46,447 nt of DNA, taken from the NCBI GenBank assembly GCA_050290185.1, contig JBNKHE010000013.1, forward strand, positions 1-46,447, written 5' to 3'. The notes under the pieces are model-generated. The model had not been told where the DNA came from. It saw nothing but the letters and a program-made list of their open reading frames with translations, and did no database searches. The stretch comes from Pontiella sp. (GTDB lineage: Bacteria > Verrucomicrobiota > Kiritimatiellia > Kiritimatiellales > Pontiellaceae). How positions within the stretch are numbered: the first letter of the stretch is position 1; each line of letters begins with the position of its first letter. Below are positions 1 to 7,811 of the stretch, one piece after another. The translations under genes and the position numbers were made by a program.

Positions 1-848
1 GTCATACGCGATGCACTAGCTGCCGACTCATCCGAAGCAATATCCAACGCGGAGCTAACAATGGATTCCCGGTCAAACTCGTCATGCGTACGCGAAAGCA
101 GCTCCAGACCGATCAGCGACGTACCCGCAATCGTACTGTCCCGCTCATCCAGCGCCGCAAACATTGCTTCTCGGACCGCTGCCAGTTCATCAACTTCATT
201 TTCACCACCCGCTGCGCTAGAGGACTCAGAGGTATTGGAGGCCATTCCATTGTGTTCCTCTGAGCTCTCTGTGGTTAACACTCTCTCTGTCGCAGACCTT
301 TCGTAAAACGGCGACATAAACTGAACGCAGTAGTCCCGCCACACCGGATCATTTTCCGGGTTGGAAGCCATCTCCACCATCTGCAACCCGATCCCCTCCG
401 GTAGCGAATTCTGCCGCAGCAATCGATCCAGCATATCATTCTTCACCGCATTGATCTCGATAGGCCGCATGCCCTCCGGGAACTTGTCGTTCGGCCACGT
501 CAGCATATCCCTCAGCGCCGCCACATCGTCGGCCGATAGATCCTTCGACAGCTTGGCTATTGCATCTTCCAAGGAATTATAGTTCTGCTTCTCGCCAGCC
601 AATCCCAAGAGCGCCTTCACCGCATCGGATAGATTCTCTGCCGAATAGGCTAAACCATCCACAGATTGCACGGGCTTTATGGATTCATTTAAACCACTCG
701 CGCCATTAGAGAACACAGAGCTCCCAGAGGATTCCTTTTCCGCCTGCCCTGAGCCTTGTCGAAGGGTGCTTTCCCCTGAACCCCGAAGGCCGATCCATAA
801 CGCCACAACAACTACACCCGCAATTCCAATCAAAATAATCTTTTTCAT
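1..848 (-). CDS. Hypothetical membrane-anchored/exported helical protein (3' end outside window)
   Basis: Absent from the ORF track because it runs off the edge. Read manually: ATG at 848 with GAGGAG RBS; MKKIILIGIAGVVVVALWIGLRG signal/anchor; open to position 3; later part helical (DPVWRDYCVQFM...AIAGTSLIGLELL-like segment), possibly HEAT-like. Confidence 0.75.
   Translation of the reverse strand, partial: MKKIILIGIAGVVVVALWIGLRGSGESTLRQGSGQAEKESSGSSVFSNGASGLNESIKPVQSVDGLAYSAENLSDAVKALLGLAGEKQNYNSLEDAIAKLSKDLSADDVAALRDMLTWPNDKFPEGMRPIEINAVKNDMLDRLLRQNSLPEGIGLQMVEMASNPENDPVWRDYCVQFMSPFYERSATERVLTTESSEEHNGMASNTSESSSAAGGENEVDELAAVREAMFAALDERDSTIAGTSLIGLELLSRTHDEFDRESIVSSALDIASDESAASASRM
201..278. 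repeat. Imperfect inverted repeat (CACCAC..AGAGGACTCAGAGG / CCTCTGAGCTCTCTGTGG) inside ORF 1-848
   Basis: AGAGGACTCAGAGG (219-232) matches the reverse complement of CCTCTGAGCTCTCT (257-270) at 12/14; flanked by TTCACCAC and GTGGTTAA. Confidence 0.55.
742..766. repeat. GCCTGCCCTGAGCCTTGTCGAAGGG short repeat, in frame in ORF 1-848
   Basis: Related copy at 17224-17247 (minus strand GCCTGTCCTGAGCCAGCCGAAGGG). Encodes LRQGSGQA. Confidence 0.65.
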
Positions 849-979
849 CTAGCTCTCCTCACACTTAGGGGTCAGTAAACATGAAAGGCGGAAAACCTCC
901 AAGACGCGTTGATTAACCCGTCATATAATCAATGAGGCACCGGCAATGAAGCCCTGCCAGATTAACAGGAGGCCCCGCC

Positions 980-2041
980 ATGTATTACTGCGGTATTGAT
1001 TATCACAAGAAGTATTCGGTTGTCAGTATTCAAAACGATACCGGCGACATCGTCCGCGAACAGCGGATCAACCACGCGTGGGAAGGCGTGTTCGAGCAGT
1101 TGCTCGGCTCCCTGGACGAGCCGGTGCACGTGGTGTACGAATCCAGCGTCAACTGGAGCTGGCTGTACGAGATCCTCGAGCGCATAGAAAACGTGGAGAA
1201 GATTGTTTTGGCGAACCCCTACAAGGTGAAGCTGATCTCGGAGGCGCAGATCAAGACGGACAAGATCGATGCACGCAAGCTGGCGTTGCTGCTTCGCCTG
1301 GATGTCATCCCGGCCTGCTACGTTCCTCCCCGCCCGACCCGCGACCGCAAGGAGGTCATCCGCCAGCGCATCTTCTGGGTTCGCGAGCGCACCAAGATCC
1401 GCAGCCGCATCCACAAGATCATCGCCCGCCAGCACAACCTGAACATGCCGCAGGTCACCGACCTGTTCGGACGCAAGGGGCGGGCGGCCCTGAACAAGGC
1501 GGTGCTCCCCGACCCGGATGCCATGATCCTGGGGCAAAATCTCGCGATGCTCGATACGCTCGATGCCTTGATCAAGGCGGACGAGGAACGCATCAGGGCG
1601 GATGGCGCGCAGGACCGGAGCGTGGAGATCCTGCAAAGCATTCCCGGTGTCGGGCTGGTAATCGGCAGCGTCATTGCCACCGAGATCGACACCATCTGCC
1701 GGTTCGGAACCTACGCGAAGTTCGCCGCCTACTGCGGCCTGGTTCCCTCCACCCACAGCTCCGGCGGCAAGACGCACCACGGGCGCATGCTCAACCAGTG
1801 CAACAAGTGGCTCAAGTGGGCGTTCATCGAGGCGGCCTGGGTGGCGGTGGGCTGCTCGCCCTACTTCGGCGGGCTCTACAAGGCCCAGCGCGCACGCGGC
1901 AAGAAGGCCAACACCGCGATTACGATAACGGCAAAACGCATGAGCCAGATCGTCTATCGGCTTTTGAAGGAACATCGGATGTACGAGGAACGAATTTACT
2001 CCGGCCGCTCTGGCATAGGACTGACGGCATCGGCGGCCTAG
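980..2041 (+). CDS. IS110-family transposase/recombinase (DEDD RuvC domain + Transposase_20)
   Basis: N-terminal GIDYHK, VYES, KTDKIDA (DEDD motif), SIPGVG helix-hairpin-helix, GLVPSTHSSGGK with the catalytic-type serine; GGAGG RBS. Confidence 0.97.
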   Translation: MYYCGIDYHKKYSVVSIQNDTGDIVREQRINHAWEGVFEQLLGSLDEPVHVVYESSVNWSWLYEILERIENVEKIVLANPYKVKLISEAQIKTDKIDARKLALLLRLDVIPACYVPPRPTRDRKEVIRQRIFWVRERTKIRSRIHKIIARQHNLNMPQVTDLFGRKGRAALNKAVLPDPDAMILGQNLAMLDTLDALIKADEERIRADGAQDRSVEILQSIPGVGLVIGSVIATEIDTICRFGTYAKFAAYCGLVPSTHSSGGKTHHGRMLNQCNKWLKWAFIEAAWVAVGCSPYFGGLYKAQRARGKKANTAITITAKRMSQIVYRLLKEHRMYEERIYSGRSGIGLTASAA

Positions 2042-2160
2042 CCGGATGCGCGTCTTGGGTCAGTATAGAGGGCCGGGGATCTGAAGTTGAGTTGTGTTGA
2101 ACAGGAACTGAGAGAAGGCTGATCAAGGAATCTCTTGCTGACGAAATAGCATATCAATTT
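1992..2160 (+). ncRNA. Putative bridge RNA / seekRNA of the IS110 element (ends approximate)
   Basis: Stem 1999-2011/2067-2078 and stem 2023-2034/2041-2054 enclose an internal loop. Its strands CATAGGACT and GGGTCAGT match the two halves of the reconstructed target. AGAGAAG (2111-2117) matches the element's own right end. Confidence 0.7.
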
Positions 2161-2190
2161 AGGAGGTTGACTTCTGTTTTTCAGAGAAGT

Positions 2191-2239
2191 CCGATATATG
2201 AATAATTTTATCTTGAGTATTAATATATCGTACTGACCC
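2191..2239. repeat. Remainder of the GGGTCAG...CTGACCC REP-like palindrome interrupted by the IS (other piece at 868-876)
   Basis: Empty site reads GGGTCAGTCCGATATATGAATA-13 nt-TATTAATATATCGTACTGACCC. Confidence 0.85.
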
Positions 2240-2324
2240 TTTTCTCGATATTGACGAGTTGGCCGGGGGGGGGGCAGTCGATGGCTCCCCGGCTGGACAT
2301 GAATGCTTTAACCAGGAATCAGGA

Positions 2325-4121
2325 ATGGAAATTTCGAAAAACCTTCTGCGTACTACCATAGCAGTAGTCGGCCTATTAATGATCGCGTCCTTGCTCGCAC
2401 GGGTATTTGGTAGCAAAGAGAATTCAAACCTGACTGAAACTCAGCTTCTTAAAGACAATGGCGGGACAAAACTGGTCGTTGTGATGCATGCGTTTACGAA
2501 TGATCGCGACGACATGAAACATGTAGTTGACGCAGTCGTAGAAGCCCACCCCGATGCCGATATACTTGCGCCAAACTACAACTCCTCATTATTTGCGAAT
2601 ACAAGCCTACCGCATACTGCGGCTAAGCTCAGCGCTACAATTGAATATTATTATAACGAGTCTCGAAAATCCGGACATGAGTATTCAGAAATCATTTTGG
2701 TAGGACATAGCATAGGCGCATTGTTGTGCCGAAAAAGTTATCTGTATGGTTTAGGGATCGGAACAGATTATCCTTATCCGGCATTTAAGAAACAGGACTG
2801 GGTTGATCAGACCTCAAGAATTATATTGCTTGCCGGAATCAACCGGGGCTGGAATCCAGACAAGCTTCCTCTAGGGCAGAAAATAGGAGGCCGGATAGCA
2901 TCTTGGATTGCCAGCTTTTTCGGCCACGGAAAAATGATTCATTCTGCCGAGCGAGGCTCACCTTTTGTCACCGATCTGAACCTCAACTGGAAGAAGGCAT
3001 CGCATGAAAACCTTATTAAAGCTCAAGTAATTCAGCTTCTAGGAAAAGACGACAAAATCGCTCCTCTCGAGGAACAAGAGGAAATACTCTCGACGCCAGA
3101 TTTCATCATGATGAATTTAATTCAGGATGCGACGCATGCAAACATCATAGACATGGACAAGCATTCGGATGATATCTCCTCTCTCCGGAAACGCAGTCTG
3201 TTTATTGACGCGCTAACCTTGCCCGAAGAACAATTAAAACAAGCATATGGATCTAATAGTTACGATCATCTAAATGATCTATATTCAGACCGCTACACGG
3301 TTAAACACATTGTCATGGTTGTTCACGGAATCCGAGATGAAGGGAAATGGATCGAAGCCCTTGAGGGTCAGTTAAACCAAAGCAAAGAGGCCTCTACGAT
3401 TATCGAAGGAGGTGAATATGGGTGGTTCCCAATGGGTAGATTTCTGCTGTTTAACGAGCGAGAAAAGTGGGTTAGATGGTTTGTGGATCAGGTTGCGCAT
3501 TTTTCATCCATCTATCCAGATGCCGAAATCAGCTTCATTGGCCATAGCAATGGAACCTATTTGTTGGCTAGTGCTTTGGAGCAATACACCGCACTCCGTT
3601 TTAACAACATCTACTTCGCCGGCTCGGTAGTTAGAACCGATTTCCCTTGGGATGATTACCTTAAATCATCTGATCGAGTTCATCATTTCAGAAATGACAT
3701 CGCTGTTGATGACTGGGTGGTCGCGTGGTTTCCACATTTTTATCAAATCATTAGAAAGCAACTTAACCTCAGCGATGACGGGTTTTTTAATATAGGAAGC
3801 GGAGGGTTCACAGGTTTTGAGCAGCAATCCGGTAAAGACAATGTTAACTATGTAACCGGAGGGCATGGGGGTGCATTGAAAAATGCTGAATCCATATCCA
3901 ATTTCATTCTTTTTAACGATACAGAGAAACTAACTGAGCAATCCGAATATAATAATCTTATGGTTATGAGTTCACACCTATGCTGGATTATCTGGTTTGC
4001 TATTATCTCCTTTTTCCTCGGTCTTGGCGCGCTGATTTGCAAGTTGCCATTCATCAAAAACAAAGTTATCGCAACTACAGTATACGTTTTCTTAGTTATC
4101 GCCATTTTGTTGACTATATAA
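2325..4121 (+). CDS. Membrane-anchored protein with two tandem alpha/beta-hydrolase domains
   Basis: N-terminal TM; two nucleophile elbows LVGHSIG and IGHSNG, each preceded by VMHAF / VVHGI; two C-terminal TMs. ATG 2325 preferred over TTG 2259. Visibly AT-rich. Confidence 0.8.
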   Translation: MEISKNLLRTTIAVVGLLMIASLLARVFGSKENSNLTETQLLKDNGGTKLVVVMHAFTNDRDDMKHVVDAVVEAHPDADILAPNYNSSLFANTSLPHTAAKLSATIEYYYNESRKSGHEYSEIILVGHSIGALLCRKSYLYGLGIGTDYPYPAFKKQDWVDQTSRIILLAGINRGWNPDKLPLGQKIGGRIASWIASFFGHGKMIHSAERGSPFVTDLNLNWKKASHENLIKAQVIQLLGKDDKIAPLEEQEEILSTPDFIMMNLIQDATHANIIDMDKHSDDISSLRKRSLFIDALTLPEEQLKQAYGSNSYDHLNDLYSDRYTVKHIVMVVHGIRDEGKWIEALEGQLNQSKEASTIIEGGEYGWFPMGRFLLFNEREKWVRWFVDQVAHFSSIYPDAEISFIGHSNGTYLLASALEQYTALRFNNIYFAGSVVRTDFPWDDYLKSSDRVHHFRNDIAVDDWVVAWFPHFYQIIRKQLNLSDDGFFNIGSGGFTGFEQQSGKDNVNYVTGGHGGALKNAESISNFILFNDTEKLTEQSEYNNLMVMSSHLCWIIWFAIISFFLGLGALICKLPFIKNKVIATTVYVFLVIAILLTI

Positions 4122-4222
4122 TACAGCAAACTGAGAACGTCCCTCGTCTTGCCGGCTTCAGCAAATTACAATTCTGCCTTATCCAGCGGCATCGCGCAAC
4201 TCTGGCAGAACGGCTCCTGTCA

Positions 4223-4246
4223 AACGCGGCTGGAAGCCGCGTCTAC
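4223..4246 (-). repeat. GTAG-type REP (GTAGACGCGGCTTCCAGCCGCGTT)
   Basis: GTAG followed by a GC hairpin; near-identical copy at 39503-39527. Confidence 0.8.
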
Positions 4247-4293
4247 ACTCCCGATCTGCGTATACCCTTGAGGAGCGAAAGATCACCGCGCGT

Positions 4294-5919
4294 CTACTTT
4301 GTTCCCTTCAGGATATCGGCGAAGAAGTTGTTGCCTTTGTCGTCGACGATGATGACGGCGGGGAAGTCGACCACTTCGATCTTGCGGACGGCTTCCATGC
4401 CGAGTTCTTCCATGTCGACGATCTCGACCTTCTTGATGTTCTTTTCGGCGAGCAGGGCGGCGGGGCCGCCGACGGAGCCGAGGTAGAAGCCGCCGTGCTT
4501 GGCGCAGGCGTCTGTGACGCCTTGCGAGCGGTTACCTTTGGCCAGCATGATCATGGAGCCGCGGTGCGACTGGAATTCGTCGACGTAGGGATCCATGCGC
4601 TGGGCGGTGGTGGGGCCGAAGGAGCCGGAAGGTTTGCCGACGGGCGTTTTGGCGGGGCCGGCGTAGTAGACGGGATGGTCTTTAAAATAGGCCGGCATTT
4701 CTTCGCCGCGGTCGATCATTTCCTTGATCTTGGCGTGGGCGATGTCGCGCGCAACGATGAGTGGGCCGTTGAGCCGGACGCGGGTGCAGACGGGATATTT
4801 CGACAGCTCGGCGAGAATGTCGTCCATCGGCTGGTTCAGGTCTATTTCCGGTGCGGTATCGGTTCCTTTACCAAGATTGGAGGGCGCATATTTGGCGGGG
4901 TCGTGTTCGAGCTGTTCGAGGAAGACGCCGTCGCGGGTGATCTTGGCCTTGATGTTGCGGTCGGCGGAGCAGGAGACGCCGATCCCGACGGGGCAGGAGG
5001 CGGCGTGGCGCGGCATGCGGATGACACGGACGTCGTGGCAGAAATATTTGCCGCCAAACTGTGCGCCGATCTTGGAGTCGCGGCTCCATTCGAGCACCTT
5101 CTGTTCCCATTCGGTATCGCGGAAGGCTCGGCCGGAGGCGTCGCCGGTGGTGGGCAGGTCGTCGAGCGCGCCGGTGGAGGCAAGTTTGACATATTTCATG
5201 GTGGCTTCGGCGGAGGTGCCTCCGATGACGACGACATAGTGGTAGGGCGGGCAGGCGGCGGTGCCGATGTTGAAGAATTCGGCCTTGATGAAGGCCTCGA
5301 GGTTTTCTTCAGTGAGCAGGGATTTAGTCTTTTGGTAGAGGTAGGATTTGTTAGCGGAGCCGCCGCCCTTGGCGACGAAGGTCAGTTCGTATTCCATGCC
5401 GGTGCCGGCGTAAATGTCGATCTGTGCGGGGAGGTTGTTCCCGGTGTTTTTTTCCTCGAACATGGAGAGCGGAGCGATCTGGGAATAGCGCAGGTTGTAT
5501 TCCTGGAAGCAGCGATAAACGCCGTTGGAGAAGGCGGCTTTTTCGTCGAAATCGGTCCAGACCTGCGCGCCCTTGTGGCCTACAACAATGGCGGTGCCGG
5601 TGTCCTGGCAGGTGGGCAGCTCGCCGACGGCGGCGATGACCGAGTTTTCGAGGAAGCAGCGGGCGACGAAGAGGTCGTTTTCGCTGGCGTCGGGATCGTC
5701 GAGAATAGAGGCCACCTGTTTCATGTGGGCGGGGCGTAGGTAGAATGAGATTTCATAGAAGGCTTCGTAGGCAAGGCGTTCGAGCACCCCGGGTTCGACG
5801 ACCAGCACGTCCTGTCCGTTGAATTGCTCGATGCGCACGCCGTCTTTGGTGACGAGTCGATATTCGGTGTCGTCTTTGCCGCTGTGCTGGATGGTGGGGG
5901 TGTAGGTGTAGTCGCTCAT
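4294..5919 (-). CDS. fumA: Class I (Fe-S) fumarate hydratase
   Basis: [23 protein letters not shown] and GPTTAQRM motifs; start at MSDY (5919). Confidence 0.95.
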   Translation of the reverse strand: MSDYTYTPTIQHSGKDDTEYRLVTKDGVRIEQFNGQDVLVVEPGVLERLAYEAFYEISFYLRPAHMKQVASILDDPDASENDLFVARCFLENSVIAAVGELPTCQDTGTAIVVGHKGAQVWTDFDEKAAFSNGVYRCFQEYNLRYSQIAPLSMFEEKNTGNNLPAQIDIYAGTGMEYELTFVAKGGGSANKSYLYQKTKSLLTEENLEAFIKAEFFNIGTAACPPYHYVVVIGGTSAEATMKYVKLASTGALDDLPTTGDASGRAFRDTEWEQKVLEWSRDSKIGAQFGGKYFCHDVRVIRMPRHAASCPVGIGVSCSADRNIKAKITRDGVFLEQLEHDPAKYAPSNLGKGTDTAPEIDLNQPMDDILAELSKYPVCTRVRLNGPLIVARDIAHAKIKEMIDRGEEMPAYFKDHPVYYAGPAKTPVGKPSGSFGPTTAQRMDPYVDEFQSHRGSMIMLAKGNRSQGVTDACAKHGGFYLGSVGGPAALLAEKNIKKVEIVDMEELGMEAVRKIEVVDFPAVIIVDDKGNNFFADILKGTK

Positions 5920-6074
5920 CGATTCTGCTCCATATTTCTTATTTTGTACCGACCGGATTTTGGCCGTAAACCCGCAAGTTGCAAGTTCCAATTGAGGTTC
6001 TGTTTTTGCTGTAAAGATATTGCGCCGTCGCGGTCTCTTGAATAGGGTTTCGCCTTTAAATCAAAAGGAGATGC

Positions 6075-6806
6075 GTGATGAGGATGATCAAGGGAATTGC
6101 GTTGTGTGCAATGCTGGCCTTGCCGATGGCTGGACTGGCCGATGAAGTCACCAATGTTACGTGGAAGAGCAGTCTTTCGCTGGGTGCGACGTTCAAGGAC
6201 GGAAACACGGACAAGGAGTTGTATACCATGAATCTCAAGGGCGACCGTTATGCGCCTAAGAGCGACTGGGTCAACAGTCTGTATGGCGAATATGGAAAAA
6301 CCGAAGGTGCCCAGACAGAAGGCCAGTTGCGCGGCCAATCCAACTATCGCTACAAGTTTGATTCCGAAAACTTCTATGGCGGTGTGTTTGCCGAAGGCTA
6401 CCACGATGCGCTCAAGGACATAAACTACCGCTTAAAACTGGGTCCAAACGTAGGTTATTATTTCATTAACCATAAAGCTGTGAAGCTCGATGGCAGCTTT
6501 GGTGTCAACTATGTGCATGAGACGAATTCCGACGGCAACGATGACCATGCAGAGTGGCGCGTGGCTGGGAACTATGTGCAGACGTTGTCTGAAACCGCAT
6601 CGCTGTATGCAAACGCTGAGTACAGCTCCTCCGTTGACGACTCCAAGGATGGAACCGGCCTGTTTGTGGTCGGGGCCAAGAGCAAGATGAACGAGAAGCT
6701 CTCGCTGTTCCTTGAAGTGCGCGAAGAATACGACAACCTGCCGGTCTCCGGACGGGAACGTGTCGATACGACCGTCGTTGCCGGTCTGACCTACGACATC
6801 ATGTAG
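6075..6806 (+). CDS. DUF481/YdiY-family outer-membrane beta-barrel protein
   Basis: Signal peptide, SLGATFKDGNTD, alternating beta strands, C-terminal AGLTYD; AAGGAG RBS. Confidence 0.8.
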   Translation: MMRMIKGIALCAMLALPMAGLADEVTNVTWKSSLSLGATFKDGNTDKELYTMNLKGDRYAPKSDWVNSLYGEYGKTEGAQTEGQLRGQSNYRYKFDSENFYGGVFAEGYHDALKDINYRLKLGPNVGYYFINHKAVKLDGSFGVNYVHETNSDGNDDHAEWRVAGNYVQTLSETASLYANAEYSSSVDDSKDGTGLFVVGAKSKMNEKLSLFLEVREEYDNLPVSGRERVDTTVVAGLTYDIM

Positions 6807-6826
6807 TACTGCCCGCAGACGTTTGC

Positions 6827-6859
6827 AAAACCGCCCCGCGCAAGCCGGGCGGTTTTTTT
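6827..6859. terminator. Bidirectional intrinsic terminator
   Basis: AAAACCGCCC..GGGCGGTTTTTTT between convergent genes. Confidence 0.8.
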
Positions 6860-7610
6860 ATGTCCGGCAGTATGCGACCACGTCCTGATAGGCCAGGGTG
6901 CCGCCGAACAGATCGAGGGCGGATCCTACCGTGACGTCGATCCTCCCGCGTCCCGCTTCGTTCAGTTTTTCCAGATCCTCGAACGAACGGACGCCACCGG
7001 CATAGACGCAGGGGATCGGTGAGTATTCGGCCAGCAGCGCAATCAGCTCCTCGTCCATGCCTTGTTGTTTGCCTTCCACGTCGACCCCGTGAATCAGGAA
7101 CTCGGAACAGTAGGCGGCAAGTCCTCGAAGTGAGGATTCATTGACGATGGTGTTGGTGAAGGTCTGCCAGCGGTCGGTAACCACATAGTATTCGCCGTCC
7201 TTCTTGCGGCAGCTCAGGTCGATCACCAGCTGGTCCTTGCCGACGGTATCGAGCAGAAGCTTAAGCCGTCCGGGATCAAACTGCTGGTTCTGGAAAAGGT
7301 AGGAGGTGACGATGACCTGCGAGGCACCGGCATCAAGCCATTTAGGGGCGTTTTCAGCGGTAATGCCGCCACCGATCTGCAACCCGCCCGGCCAGGCGGC
7401 CAGGGCCTCGCGCGCGGCATCGTCGTTGCCGGTGCCCAGTTTGATGATGTGGCCGCCGGCGAGGTTGTCATCGCGGTACAGCCGGGCATACCAGTCGGGA
7501 CTTCGGTCGGAGACAAAGTTGGTTTCTGGTTCCTGTCCGTCGGTGAGGGAGCCGCCGACAATCTGTTTCACTTTGCCGTTATGCAGGTCGATGCAGGGTC
7601 TGAAGTTCAT
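6858..7610 (-). CDS. hisA: ProFAR isomerase, HIS6/eukaryote-like type
   Basis: MNFRPCIDLHNGKVKQIVGGSL, LQIGGGI, FLIHGVDVEG, TVGSALDLFGG. Confidence 0.93.
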   Translation of the reverse strand: MNFRPCIDLHNGKVKQIVGGSLTDGQEPETNFVSDRSPDWYARLYRDDNLAGGHIIKLGTGNDDAAREALAAWPGGLQIGGGITAENAPKWLDAGASQVIVTSYLFQNQQFDPGRLKLLLDTVGKDQLVIDLSCRKKDGEYYVVTDRWQTFTNTIVNESSLRGLAAYCSEFLIHGVDVEGKQQGMDEELIALLAEYSPIPCVYAGGVRSFEDLEKLNEAGRGRIDVTVGSALDLFGGTLAYQDVVAYCRT

Positions 7611-7633
7611 AGGTTCACCATCAATCTCGTTCG

Positions 7634-7702
7634 CCACGAAAGACACAAAATACACGGAACCGGGCCGATGTGTTCTTTTCGTGTATTTTGTGTCTTTCGT
7701 GG
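7634..7702. repeat. Perfect 23-bp inverted repeat with 23-nt spacer
   Basis: CCACGAAAGACACAAAATACACG (7634-7656) / CGTGTATTTTGTGTCTTTCGTGG (7680-7702). Confidence 0.9.
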
Positions 7703-7811
7703 TTGGCTATAAAAGCTAGCAGGGCGGGGCGGGTAATTCAACGCTTGTATCTTGCGGCGTTCTCCCTATCATCCCTGCTTCGATTTTTAAAACAGAAGAA
7801 GAGATGTTTCC

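Larger units (their letters stand above)
877..2190 (+). mobile_element. IS110-family insertion sequence (IS1111-like layout), 1,314 bp including one AGT core
   Basis: AGT at both junctions (874-876 and 2188-2190). Removing 877-2190 restores a 22-bp-arm palindrome with 20/22 match. Imperfect sub-terminal inverted repeats TGAAA..AACCTCC (882-900) / GGAGGTT..TTTCA (2162-2183). Confidence 0.9.

Noticed and set aside
909..932. TTGATT...TATAAT as a sigma70 promoter in the IS left end
   Set aside because: The spacer is only 9 nt; better read as a small hairpin.
962..1975. 337-aa minus-strand ORF and 340-aa alternative-frame ORF (1078-2100) over the transposase
   Set aside because: Shadow ORFs of a GC-rich gene; no recognisable motifs.
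4495..5739. 414-aa plus-strand ORF
   Set aside because: Antisense to a clear fumarase; codon-bias artefact.
7703..7811. T-box or SAM riboswitch before metG
   Set aside because: No conserved motifs or terminator; leader too short.
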